Origin: an uncultured Chloroflexia bacterium | GTDB lineage: Bacteria; Chloroflexota; Chloroflexia; QHBQ01; JADMIH01 | Assembly: GCA_963811305.1 (NCBI GenBank) | Contig: CAWEQU010000008.1 | Span: 324,539 to 388,538 of the forward strand | Direction: 5' to 3' | Length of the DNA stretch: 64,000 bases | In this document: positions 1 through 9,335 of the stretch, piece after piece | Layout of the letters: every line of letters starts with the position of its first letter | Position numbering within the stretch: the first letter of the stretch is position 1 | The notes under the pieces: model-generated | The model's database searches: none | Seen by the model: only the letters and a program-made list of their open reading frames with translations | Told to the model about the DNA's origin: nothing | Position numbers and translations under genes: made by a program

Positions 1-1
1 G

Positions 2-466
2 GGCTTCAATCCAATGCCATTCCCCTCGCTGCCAGGTGGCGGCGGTGGGCCAGGTCCTATTCCCTTCCCAACATTCCCCAGCCTGCCGGGACCGGGTGGG
101 GGGTTCAATCCAATGCCATTCCCAAGTCTGCCGGGTGGGGCGTACAATCCATTGTCCCCTTCAGCACCAGGTGGCGGTGGGGGGTCGGGAGGAATCTTCG
201 GCGGCCTGGGAGGTATGCTCGGCGGAAGTGACATGATGGGTGGTATGCTCGGCGGCCTGGGTGGTATCCTTGGCGGAGGCGGGATGTTGGGTGGCCTGGG
301 AGGTATGCTCGGCGGAAGTGGCATGATGGGTGGTATGCTCGGTGGCCTCGGCGGTACGCTCGGTGGTGGAGGCGGAGGTGGCGGCGGTATGCTCGGCGGG
401 CTTGCCGGGATGCCTGATCCAGTAGGTATAATGGGCGGCATTGACTGTGAGGGCTACGCGTATTGA
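2..466 (+). CDS. glycine-rich low-complexity repeat protein (5' end outside window)
   Basis: Frame is open from nt 2. The unit GFNPMPFPSLPGG occurs 3x, followed by GGMLGGLGG-type units; TGA at 464-466. Call rests on composition only; no family recognised. Confidence 0.45.
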   Translation, partial: GFNPMPFPSLPGGGGGPGPIPFPTFPSLPGPGGGFNPMPFPSLPGGAYNPLSPSAPGGGGGSGGIFGGLGGMLGGSDMMGGMLGGLGGILGGGGMLGGLGGMLGGSGMMGGMLGGLGGTLGGGGGGGGGMLGGLAGMPDPVGIMGGIDCEGYAY

Positions 467-651
467 TCGACAGGGCCAGTGGTATCGCGGCCCGACCTGC
501 TGTGCCATTCCAGCTCAAAGTGGTAATGCAACCAGGCGCGGCCACACGTGCAGCAACGTTAGATATAGACATCCGCGTAGCGCCCTGGCCGACGGTTCCT
601 CCAGGAGTAACTCCTACTGCCCCTGCCAACCTGTAATTAGCACTCTTACTC

Positions 652-705
652 TTACCCCGCCACCACCCTTATCTCCTCCTCGGTCAATCCGTACAGCGCA
701 TCATA
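652..705 (-). pseudogene. relic of an RM/methyltransferase gene 3' end (YDALYGLTEEEIRVVAG*)
   Basis: 18 codons including TAA lie directly downstream of hicA. The 27-nt core CCACCACCCTTATCTCCTCCTCGGTCA (660-686) is identical to 2259-2285 at the end of the type IIG gene. Confidence 0.6.
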
Positions 706-707
706 GC

Positions 708-949
708 TTACGTCTGCTCGTATGCGGTCAGGAAGTCCGCCCGCGATATTCCTGATTGAGCGCAGATGGTCCTCAGCGTCGAGCCTTTGATGCGAGGATG
801 GTCGGCATAGTCAGTGGGGTACGCGTGCCGTCACTATTCTCACGTACCATAGCGATATATTCCCGCTCACGCACAACCCGGAAGCCAAGCGTCTCAAACG
901 CTTTGACTACCTTTGCTTTCGGGGCATCAACGGGAAACTTCGGCGGCAC
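708..949 (-). pseudogene. hicA: HicA-family mRNA interferase toxin, 1-nt frame disruption
   Basis: GTG at 949-947 overlaps the hicB stop (TAGTG). It reads VPPKFPVDAPKAKVVKAFETLGFRVVREREYIAMVRENSDGTRTPLTMP. A 1-nt shift near 800-805 is then needed to continue as DHPRIKGSTLRTICAQSGISRADFLTAYEQT* (TAA 708-710). The span is 242 nt, one short of a multiple of 3. Confidence 0.7.
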
Positions 950-1173
950 TAGACAGCTACGCGGGCTTGTGTCACAAACGCTTCCATCACAGGAGATTCC
1001 TCATCGAACGCTTCCGCCCCGAATGTCTCGATATGGAAGCTGATAGCTGAGGTCACGTCTGCGAGCGCCTTTTCATAAGTGTCGCCCTGCCCTACAACCA
1101 CACCCTTCAAGCCGAGTGGGTACGCTACGAAGCCGTCTGTATGCTTCTCAACTATGATCTTGAACTCTCTCAT
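949..1173 (-). CDS. hicB: HicB-family antitoxin (UPF0150 fold, no DNA-binding extension)
   Basis: 74-aa ORF MREFKIIVEKHTDGFVAYPLGLKGVVVGQGDTYEKALADV..., a typical HicB N-domain pattern. It is translationally coupled to the hicA remnant. Confidence 0.75.
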   Translation of the reverse strand: MREFKIIVEKHTDGFVAYPLGLKGVVVGQGDTYEKALADVTSAISFHIETFGAEAFDEESPVMEAFVTQARVAV

Positions 1174-1210
1174 CTGATCGCCTCCGCTTTTATTATACCC
1201 CCAGCGTGCC

Positions 1211-1249
1211 CTAAGTCCCCTCCACGACCCTTATCTCCTCCTTGATCGC
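1211..1249 (-). pseudogene. second, more diverged relic of an RM gene 3' end (AIKEEIRVVEGT*)
   Basis: The coding-strand sequence AGGAGGAGATAAGGGTCGTGGAGGG matches the RM gene tail (2253-2277) apart from one substitution. It lies between the PD-(D/E)xK gene stop and the hicB start. Confidence 0.5.
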
Positions 1250-1321
1250 CTATCCCTCCAGTATCTGGTAGATCGGGTTGCCCTACTTTAACGGATAATC
1301 TACGAGGTCATCTACAGAGGT

Positions 1322-2236
1322 CTATTCTACTTCAATATACTTAGACCAGTTTAGAAAATCTTCTATTCCTGTGGCGCTTACGATAGCGATTGTCCGTACA
1401 TATTCTCTTTCTATGATGTTGCTCATGGCATTGTACCAGCTATCTTTTCCAGCAGTCGGCAGTGTATGCTTTAGCCCTGGGGAGAGATTATATTGGTATA
1501 ACAACCACGGCTCCTGCCTCAGAGGTAACTGGCTAATATCAATGTTACCGGAATAAAGGTCACCAGCACCAAGATCTACATCCGAAGCCCATAGCTGTGC
1601 TGTCGTGAATATGACAGGAACGAGAGTAATAGATTGACCACTGGTTCCGAACAAACTAGGATACAGAGCAAGGAATTCAAGCATCCCGTTAAGACCACGC
1701 ATGACTTGGGTTACAGCCTCTTCAATGCCTTTGCCTTTAGGCGATCCGTGTCGATCTCCCTCTGTGGTTCCCTTTACCTCGATAGCTATGTGATAGGCAG
1801 CGTACTTCTCGCCCCCCATGTAGTGCTCAACAGGTTCCACGAGGATGTTCTTATTGTCTACCAGTCTGGCTCTATCTAGAACAACATGTCCATGCTTCTC
1901 GGCAAAAAAGGTATAGGGGGCACGAACGAAACACCAATCTGAGTAAGCAGGATTGGCTCGTTTACATTCGGCTAACATGTAATAAGCGGAAACTCCAGCC
2001 CCTCCTTTATTCCTTTGGCGTTGAAGAACGAAGTCAATACGCGTTCCAGAGCCACGAACCTCCACTGGAAACTCGGTCGATTTAAAAGCCCAGGTTGGTG
2101 TAAAGTCTCCCAGTGGTTTTTTCTGGTTCGCAAGTTGGTGCAATCGTCTCAACACCGCGTACTGGAACGTATACCCATGCGTGTTAAGGCTCTTCCTGCA
2201 ATCCTCGAGAGACCTCTTTCTCACGTGCTTCATCAC
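1322..2236 (-). CDS. hypothetical protein with PD-(D/E)xK nuclease-like motif
   Basis: Intact 304-aa ORF, visibly AT-richer than its neighbours, starting 11 nt after the RM gene stop. It contains ..GTRIDFVLQ..(22 aa)..YMLAECKRA.., which fits a D...E-x-K nuclease core. I recognise no named family. Confidence 0.5.
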   Translation of the reverse strand: MMKHVRKRSLEDCRKSLNTHGYTFQYAVLRRLHQLANQKKPLGDFTPTWAFKSTEFPVEVRGSGTRIDFVLQRQRNKGGAGVSAYYMLAECKRANPAYSDWCFVRAPYTFFAEKHGHVVLDRARLVDNKNILVEPVEHYMGGEKYAAYHIAIEVKGTTEGDRHGSPKGKGIEEAVTQVMRGLNGMLEFLALYPSLFGTSGQSITLVPVIFTTAQLWASDVDLGAGDLYSGNIDISQLPLRQEPWLLYQYNLSPGLKHTLPTAGKDSWYNAMSNIIEREYVRTIAIVSATGIEDFLNWSKYIEVE

Positions 2237-2247
2237 TGGCCGCCATA

Positions 2248-5200
2248 TTACTGTCCCTCCACCACCCTTATCTCCTCCTCGGTCAGCCCGTACAGCTCGT
2301 ACACCAGCCTGTCTATCGCCTCGTCCGTTACCTTGATCTGCCTTTCGAGCATCACCTTGTCATTGGGGCTTTTCGCGTTGGCCAAGTCCTTGTGCAGCTT
2401 CAACATACGCTCCACCAGGCTCACCATCTGGTCGTGGCGGGCTTTGTCGGCGGGGTCGGAGAAGTTGATGGTGCGGATGGGGCAGTTGTTCTATGTATTG
2501 TCTATTTAGAGCTATATAGCCCCCACGAAATGGGGTGCTTATGGAGCGAAGATAAGTACTCAATAAGCCCGAATTGAGCACACCCAACAGGTACAGATAT
2601 GTAAGGTCCTTGCGATCTGCGAGAGTAATTGCATAACCTCCTCCACCCCCTCCACCACTGCCTACGAAGTAATACATACCTTCCAAGTCAGGGGCAAATG
2701 CGCTGCCAGTGGCAATAGAGGGCACTAATAACTTCTGTAGACCGAACCGAGTGTGATTCTTCTTATACACATATCCATACCAATCTTCTCCAAGTCGCCC
2801 TTTATTCCTTGACCTTAATCTCTCTCTATTCTCTTCCAAATATGCCCATGTCAAGGGATAGTGCTCTCTATAATCCTCTTGACTTATAAGCACGGACTTT
2901 CCATCCTTCATAGCATATGGAAAGATTAAGCGTTTCGTTACCCTATCCAGATAGTAGCGACGTATATTGAGTGAACCCTTTAGGAAAGGCTTGAGATGTT
3001 GGTATTCAAACCAATGTTCCTTGCCTGTAGCTTTTGACATACAGAGAATCCGATCACCCTCCTGGCGCACCGACTCCAAAATAAACACATCATCAGCATC
3101 GGTCTGTAGACCCACAAAAAGATGCGCGACGTCTCCCAGCTTCACAGGCATAGCGTTCAGCCGACCAAACAAGCTGACGTTCTGGCCCATACCAAAGTTC
3201 CATTCCTGCGCGCCTACATTCTCAGCAGGCACAACACTTTTTTCTGCATGACCAGTTAGACGCCAATCATTAAGATTACGTACCATCAGAATGTGGCATG
3301 CATCGTTAGCTCTTCTGGTGAGAAACAATAGGCACGTATAAGTCGTGGCTTCAGTGAACACCTGCTGATCTGTAAAATGCACAATGTCCGATAAGTGCTG
3401 CCCTTGCGATATCAACCCGCGCAAGGGTTCTCCATATTGTGCGTTGAAGAACTTATGCGGCAAGATAAATCCTAACCGTCCTCGATTGTTCAGCAGTTCC
3501 AGTCCCTTCTCGACAAACACAACGTAAATATCATAGTTCCCCTTGCTTGCCGAAACGTATCGCCTTTTATAGTGCTCGACCTCTAAGGGTGCCCACTCCT
3601 TCATGGTTTGGATGCGGATATAAGGCGGATTACCAATCACCGCATCGAATCCACCTGCCTTCATAATCTCCTTGAACTCACTCTGCCAGTCGAAGGCGTT
3701 GATACGGTACTGCTCCTCGCTATCCAGGAAGCTCGACTGCCCGCTCGTGTAGAAGTCCGGCCCTATCAGCGAGTTGCCCGACTTGATATTCTCTCCCAGG
3801 TCGGGCAGCACGCGGTCTGCCGTCGCTACCCCCGCCAGGCCAAGCTGCACCCCAAGCGTCTCCCGCGTCTCCCCTTCCAGCACCTTCAGCAGCAGCGACA
3901 GCTTCGTCACCTCCACCGCCTGCGTGTCAATATCCACCCCGTAGATATTGTTGCGCAGTATCTTCTTCCGCTCCCCGATGCTCAGCCTCCACCCAGGCGC
4001 TCCATCCCCCACATTAGCCACCCGCACCAGCGCAGGGGCGTCCGCCTTCTTCCCCCTCCCGCCAGCCTTCTTCGCATGGCTCTCCGGGTCGTTCGCCGTG
4101 TACCAGCGCAGGTGCCAGTCGAGCAGATAGCTATACGCCCCAATCAGGAACGACCCTGAGCCGCACGCCGGGTCCAATATCCGCAGGCCCGCAGCCTCCT
4201 TCGGCGTCTTCCCCTCAAGCAGCTTCCCAACCGTCTGCTCCACGATGTAATCTACGATGTAGGTAGGCGTATAATAGACCCCGCCCGCCTTACGCACCTC
4301 TGGTTTGTCTTCAATAACTACCTGCCGGATTGCGAATTGCGGATTGTGGATTGTGGATTTTGAGCTACTGCCTTCTGCATTCTGCCTACTGCCTTCTTTG
4401 GAGTCGTCCGTAATCCTGATCACTTTCCCCAGGAACTGCTCGTACACCTGCCCCAGTATCTCGATAGGTATCACGTCGAACTTGTAGGGGCTTGGGTAAT
4501 AAAGGTGTTCGACTATCCTGGCGATCGGCTCGTCCCCAATCTGAAGGTTCAGGGTGAACTCGTCCGGCTGCTCGGCTATCCCCTTCTCAGGCTTGAAATG
4601 GAAGAGGCCGGAGTTGTACCGCTCGTGCGCCCGCGTAAAGAGGTCCACCAGCCGCCTGTACATCCCGCCGCCATACTTCAGCGTCAGCTTAAGCTGGTCT
4701 TCCGGCTCGATTCCCCGGTCCTCGGCGATGCGCAGGAAGATAATGCGGTTGATAGTCATCTGCACCGCGTAATTCAGGTCGCGCTGGGAGAGGTCGGGAT
4801 TGCGCGTGGCAATTTCCCGCGCCAGCACCTCCCGCCACTCCGAGAATCTCCTTCAGAAAGGCCGCGTCAACGGTCTGCGCGCCCGACAGCTTCTTCTCCA
4901 TCAGCTTATCGAGCGAACCCCCGGCGACAGCATCATGGTGGAGCAGCTCCGCGATGTCGTCCCAGCGCTCCACGTACTGCTCGTAAGTGAGATAGAAGCC
5001 TGGGAGGACTGCCACCTTAGCGAGGTCGTTGCGGTCCGGCTTGATGCGGCAGTCGTAGACGGAGAATTGCTGGAAGTCGGTCAGGATGCTGATGGGGAGG
5101 CGTGCGCTCCACCCGTAGGCGCGCACCTGGAAAGCGTGGGCGCGGTTCGTCTCAAGCTCCTCGTAAGGCTTCTTCGCCTCCACGTAGAACTTGCGCTTGC

Positions 5201-5486
5201 CATCGATGCGGAAGGAGTAGTCGGGGACCTTCCCCTTTATCTTCTCTATAGCATCCCCACCCACATCCTCGGCCCTAATGGTATCCTCGAAAACGACGTC
5301 GCGCGCTTCCGGCGCGACACCCTGCGTCGCCGTCACGGGCCACCCCAGCGCCTCGAAAAGCGGGTTGATAAACTCGCTCCGTACGCTATATTCCTTGTAC
5401 GAAGGTTGAGTATATTCCGCCTCGTTAGCGCGAAACTGCTCGACAAGCCTGGCAATAGCATCGGGTGCGGCCATAACACGCTCCAT
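2248..5486 (-). pseudogene. type IIG restriction enzyme / N6-adenine DNA methyltransferase (Eco57I-like fusion), at least 2 frame disruptions
   Basis: N-terminal nuclease motif PDYSF..FYVEAKKP (ORF 4689-5486). Methyltransferase motifs DPACGSGSFL and GNPPYIR (ORF 2360-4828). The frame changes near 4841-4851 (..DAAFLKEI / SEWREVLAREIATRNPD..). It changes again at the G4 run 2479-2482, after which the canonical tail IRTINFSDPADKARHDQMVSLVERML..YELYGLTEEEIRVVEGQ* reads to TAA 2248-2250. Confidence 0.8.
4326..4397 (-). repeat. heptamer tandem arrays (GGCAGAA-like + ATCCACA-like) translated inside the RM gene
   Basis: The coding strand reads GAAGGCAGTAGGCAGAATGCAGAAGGCAGTAGC..AAATCCACAATCCACAATCCGCAATTCGCAATCCG = EGSRQNAEGSS..KSTIHNPQFAIRQ. 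The same two array types occur in the same order at 61844-61915 in mnmG. Confidence 0.8.
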
Positions 5487-5641
5487 TCCTGACAGGAGAG
5501 ATTGGTAACTCTATTATAGAGCCGCTACTACCAGTCGACAATAATCCAGCCCATAATTCTGCACATAATGCAGAGTCAGAACTAAACTACACCCCTCCAG
5601 GTGCCATTACTTCACACCTCCCTTTACCCTTTTCGGCCCCC

Positions 5642-5812
5642 TTCTGAGAATGTCCAAAAAGCATGAGGCAATGTGTAAAGCCATGAATGTCATTCTGAGC
5701 GAAGCGAAGAATCTACGATTTTTACCACAGCACACGCTCAGAGATTTCTACATTCTTCGCTTCGCTCAGAATGACAGGCTAATTGGTGCTGCTCTTTTTG
5801 AACACCCTCTGA
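5642..5812. mobile_element. MITE-like nested palindrome, long form (copy 1)
   Basis: Inner arms are GTCATTCTGAGCGAAGCGAAGAAT (5688-) and ATTCTTCGCTTCGCTCAGAATGAC (-5776). Outer arms are TGTCCAAAAAG and CTTTTTGAACACCCTCTGAG. Confidence 0.7.
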
Positions 5813-6068
5813 GCAACCCCTTCCCCCACCCTGACCCAACATCCCCCTCCCAAATACTCCAAAAGGACTAATTTTGGACCAATTTACGAAAAAGCCCCAA
5901 AATCCTGTCCCGTTTTGACCCCGAAAAGGGATTAAGTTAATAGAGATGCATTTCCGACCTCGCCAGTCGCAGTCGAGGTCCAACCCCAAGGGTCCCGCTG
6001 GTGTCCCTGTCGTCGAGGGAATTACACTCTCCCTCGATACCCCCCAAAAGGAGGTCTCAGCCTAGAAT

Positions 6069-6130
6069 CTAGAGTACAGAGTACAGAGTGCTACCTCACA
6101 AATATTCCGCACTCCGCACTCCGCACTCCA
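6069..6130. repeat. tandem heptamer arrays (AGAGTAC x2-3, CGCACTC x3)
   Basis: Read directly: agagtacagagtacagagtg and ccgcactccgcactccgcactcc. Confidence 0.8.
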
Positions 6131-6300
6131 CATTCGAACAAGGGGCACAGCGCAGGTCAATCCACACCTGGTAGGAGCGCCATGCCCATAGCTCACCCCT
6201 GGGGTGTACTTCGTATACCAAGTACACCCCAGGCACAGAGGGAAATCACCAGGAACCAGTTGCGGCACAGGGGCACCCGACCCTACAACCCAACGCGCCC

Positions 6301-6329
6301 GTAGGGGCATGGCGTCGCCATGCCCCTAC
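6301..6329. repeat. REP-like hairpin GTAGGGGCATGGCG-T-CGCCATGCCCCTAC
   Basis: Perfect 14-nt inverted repeat. It shares the GTAGGGGC core with hairpins at 52936-53028 and with the RAYT flanks. Confidence 0.7.
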
Positions 6330-6390
6330 CACCCCTACCTCCACACCCACCACACCCACCACCTTACCATCAAAACACATCCCATAATAC

Positions 6391-6513
6391 CTCTACGTCT
6401 CTACGTCTCTACGTCTCTACGTCTCTACGCCTAATACCCATAAATAATCTTGGCGTTCTCCGTAATCTTGGCGTCTTGGCGTTTAATCCGTCTTTCGTCT
6501 TTCGTCTTTCGTC
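6391..6513. repeat. serial tandem arrays (CTCTACGT x4-5, CTTGGCGT-like x3, CGTCTTT x3)
   Basis: Read directly from lines 6361-6520. There is no spacer structure. Confidence 0.85.
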
Positions 6514-6615
6514 CAAAATGGTTCACCCCTAATGGGACATTAGGGCTATTCCCACTGGCTACTACCTCCTCCTATAATCTATCCAGGACCAGTACGCACT
6601 TGGGAGAAACACGCC

Positions 6616-8750
6616 ATGCTCATCAAACGCCTGGCCGGGGCGCAGCAAGCCTCGGCTACCGACAGCCCAGCAGATAACCTCGCACAGCCGGCTCAATATC
6701 CACTCCCTTCCGGCAAGGGACCCATGCCCACCGAGATCATGCCCGGCACAGGCACAGCGCCCCTGCCTCGCAACACGGTCCTCCAGGGACGCTACGACGT
6801 CGAGCAGGTGCTGGGCGTGGGCGGCATGAGCACCGTCTACAAGGCCCGCGACCTGCGCTTCACCGCGGTTGCCCGCTACTGCGCCATCAAAGAGATGCTC
6901 GACACCGCGCCCGGACCCGCGCACCGGCCAGCTTCGCCTCGCCAACTTCGAGCGCGAGGCCTCCCTGCTCGCCACCCTCTCTCACCCCGGCATACCCAAG
7001 ATTTACGACTTCTTCTCCGCGCAGGGCCGCGTCTACCTGGTGCTGGAGTTTATCGATGGGCAAGACCTGGAAACGCAACTTGCAGGCCAGGGGCGTCCCC
7101 ATGATGGAAGATGAGGTAGTCGAGTACGGCGGTGCAAATCTGCGACGTGCTGGAGTACCTGCACGGCCACCAGCCTCAGCCCATCGTCTTCCGCGACCTC
7201 AAGCCCTCGAACATCATCGTCACGGCGGAAGGTAAGCTCACTCTGATCGACTTCGGTATCGCCAAGGTCTTCCAGTCGGACAAGCGCGGCACCATGATCG
7301 GCACCGAGGGGTACGCCCCGCCCGAGCAGTATCGCGGCCTGGCCGAGCCGCGCGGCGACATCTACGCCCTCGGCGCGACCATGCACCACCTGCTCACCAA
7401 CTCCGACCCGCGCTCCCAGACGCCCGTTCACCTTCCACGAGCGCCCGATACGCAAGTTCAACCCTCGCGTCTCCGAGTACATAGAGTCGGTCATCCTCGC
7501 GCTCGTAGAGTACGACATAGAGCGCCGCTGGCCCACCGCCCCGGCTCTGCGTCAGGCGCTCATGCAGAGCAGCATATTCGACTCCAAGCTAAAGCGCCGC
7601 CAGTCGGACCCCCTCGATGAATTGCCCTCGTTGCTAGATGGCGCTACGGTCCCCAGGATGTCCTCGTCGCACGCTTGAGGAGATTCGGCACCTGTCGACT
7701 TCACAGGATATGCCGCGGCTGCCGAGCGGCCGTCGCCGACCATCCCGGCTCCATTCAGCGTCCTGCGCCGCAGGCGGCGAGGATGGCGCGCAGGTGCTCT
7801 GGACCTTCGCCGCCGACGACGAGATTCGCTCCTCCCCCCTGTGCAACCGTGGGGTGGTCTTCTTCGGCTCGTACGACACCAACTTCTACGCGCTCAACGC
7901 CAAGAGCGGCGATTTCCTGTGGAAAGCTCCCACCAAGGCGGGTATATGCTCCTCCCCCGCTGTAATGCCGGCGACATGGTCGTGGTCGGCTCGGAGGACA
8001 ACTACGTCTACGCGCTTGACGCTCGGCGAGGCACCCAGGAGTGGAGCTTACCGCACCGGCGCGGCCGTCCGCTCGTCCCCTAAGCAGTACAAAGACATGG
8101 TGTTCGTAGGCTCGGACGACCAGAATATCTACGCGCTCCACGCCGATACGGGGCAGATGCTATGGAAGTATCGCACCTGGAACTTCGTGCGCTCCTCCGC
8201 GGCCTTCGCCAAGGGCCTTGTATTCATTGGCTCCAGCGACGGCAACCTGTACGCGCTCGACACGCTGAGTGGCACCCTCAAGTGGAAGCTGCATACCCTG
8301 GGCGCGATCGTCAGCACCCCGGTGGTGGTGGGCAATATCGTCATCGTAGGCTCGATGGACAACTACGTGTATGCCGCGGAATCGAGACCGGCTTCACGTC
8401 CTGGCGCTTCGAGTGCCAGCACTCCGTCTCCTCGTCGCCCGCCGTGCCGGGGGGCGCGTGATGATCGGCTCGGCCGACGGCCACCTGTATGCCCTTGACG
8501 CGCCCACGGGCCGCCATATCTGGAGCTTCGACACCGGCAGCCAGATGACCTCGTCGCCCCGCGTGTCGCTCATCAGCGACGCGTCTATTTCGGCGCGACC
8601 AACAACTACGTCTATTGCCTGGACGCCAGCACGGGCGAGCTGAAGTGGAGGTACAAGACGCGCGGCCCCGTGGTCTCGTCCCCCGCTATAGAAGACGGGA
8701 TAGTGTACGTCGGCTCGCTGGACCGCAAGCTATACGCGTTAGCAATGTAA
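6616..8750 (+). pseudogene. Ser/Thr protein kinase followed by PQQ-like beta-propeller repeats, multiply frame-disrupted
   Basis: Kinase motifs are split over ORFs 6616-7104, 6869-7114 and 7132-7620 (GVGGMSTVYKA, AIKEM, IVFRDLKPSNI, DFGIAK, GTEGYAPPE). Propeller blades alternate between all three frames up to TAA 8748-8750; examples are VFFGSYDTNFYALNAKSGDFLWK, VVGSEDNYVYALDARRGTQEW, IGSADGHLYALDAPTGRHIW and YVGSLDRKLYALAM*. I count at least 8 frame changes. An SD-like GGGAG lies 10 nt before ATG 6616. Treating kinase and propeller as one gene is an inference. Confidence 0.7.
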
Positions 8751-8848
8751 GGAAAAAGGATAAAGGATAAAGGATAAGAATATCCATCGTCACGAAGCAT
8801 AATCCCATACCCAGCATCCTTTATCCTTTTTCCTTTATCCTTTTTCCC
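8751..8848. terminator. long hairpin whose arms are (GGATAAA)n / (TTTATCC)n arrays
   Basis: Left arm is ggaaaaaggataaaggataaaggataag and right arm is atcctttatcctttttcctttatcctttttcc. It starts immediately after the propeller stop and precedes the SD of the 8860 gene. Terminator function is inferred from position only. Confidence 0.4.
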
Positions 8849-8859
8849 TTGGAGAAGAT

Positions 8860-9111
8860 ATGGCGAAGGTAGTAATCATACACGTCGTGGGGGAAGAGCC
8901 GATTTACGCTGAGGTCGAGGACCTGCCCAAGCCCACTGACCAGTTCCTCGAATTCACTAACCCTCGCAAGCGCGACGGCAAGCCCCTCGCGTACATGACC
9001 ACGGGGGCCAAGTCCTTCATCTTCCCCTGGCACCGGCTGTCGTTCGTCGAGGTAATGACCACCGAGACCGAGCGCGAGGACGTGATAGAGTTCTTCCGGG
9101 AAGATAGATAG
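8860..9111 (+). CDS. small conserved hypothetical protein (83 aa)
   Basis: An SD-like GGAGAAG precedes the ATG. The ORF is intact. A decayed paralogue at 11180-11418 shares LP.P.D....P....GKP......F.FP...EVM.TE....IEFFREDR*. Confidence 0.6.
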   Translation: MAKVVIIHVVGEEPIYAEVEDLPKPTDQFLEFTNPRKRDGKPLAYMTTGAKSFIFPWHRLSFVEVMTTETEREDVIEFFREDR

Positions 9112-9218
9112 AGATTCTCCATACATGAGACATCCCGGATTTCAGATTCGTGCCTGTCCCACGCATAAATTTCACTTCAAACCCCCACCCCCGACCCCTC
9201 CCCAATGGGGAGGAGAGT

Positions 9219-9279
9219 TTGAAGAAGGAGAACAATAAAGGTTCGGCTGCGCCGAACCTTTATTGTTCTCCTTCTTCAA
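9219..9279. terminator. near-perfect 27-29-bp stem hairpin between convergent genes
   Basis: ttgaagaaggagaacaataaaggttcggc-tgc-gccgaacctttattgttctccttcttcaa. Confidence 0.55.
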
Positions 9280-9335
9280 GAATTGTTAGTGCGTCATCAC
9301 GCTTGCTGAAAATTCGGGATGACTCATGTACGGGC

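Noticed and set aside
756-1043. Plus-strand ORF of 95 aa overlapping hicA and hicB.
   Set aside because: It is antisense to two recognisable TA genes, and its sequence is low-complexity Arg/Ser/Thr-rich.
2248-5486. The large NPPY methyltransferase could be a BREX PglX.
   Set aside because: It has an N-terminal PD-(D/E)xK nuclease module typical of type IIG enzymes, and no brx or pgl neighbours are present.
3608-5492. Long plus-strand ORFs (3608-4159, 4505-4990, 4800-5492) antisense to the RM gene. Similar antisense ORFs lie opposite fmt (48070-48774), mnmG (61315-61743), the GT39 gene (53970-54434) and the hydrolase gene (54896-55441), among others.
   Set aside because: These are typical shadow ORFs of high-GC coding DNA, with Arg/Pro/Ala-rich nonsense composition. 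The opposite strand carries clear family motifs.
5650-5989. ORFs 5650-5871 (+) and 5738-5989 (-), and similar small ORFs across other MITE copies.
   Set aside because: They are composed of the palindromic repeat itself (VILSEAKNL.. type peptides), have no SD, and the same peptide recurs wherever the repeat occurs.
6391-6513. Tandem arrays here and at about 13 other loci might be CRISPR arrays.
   Set aside because: The units are 7-8 nt and directly abutting, with no 25-40-nt repeats and no unique spacers. No cas genes are present in the window.
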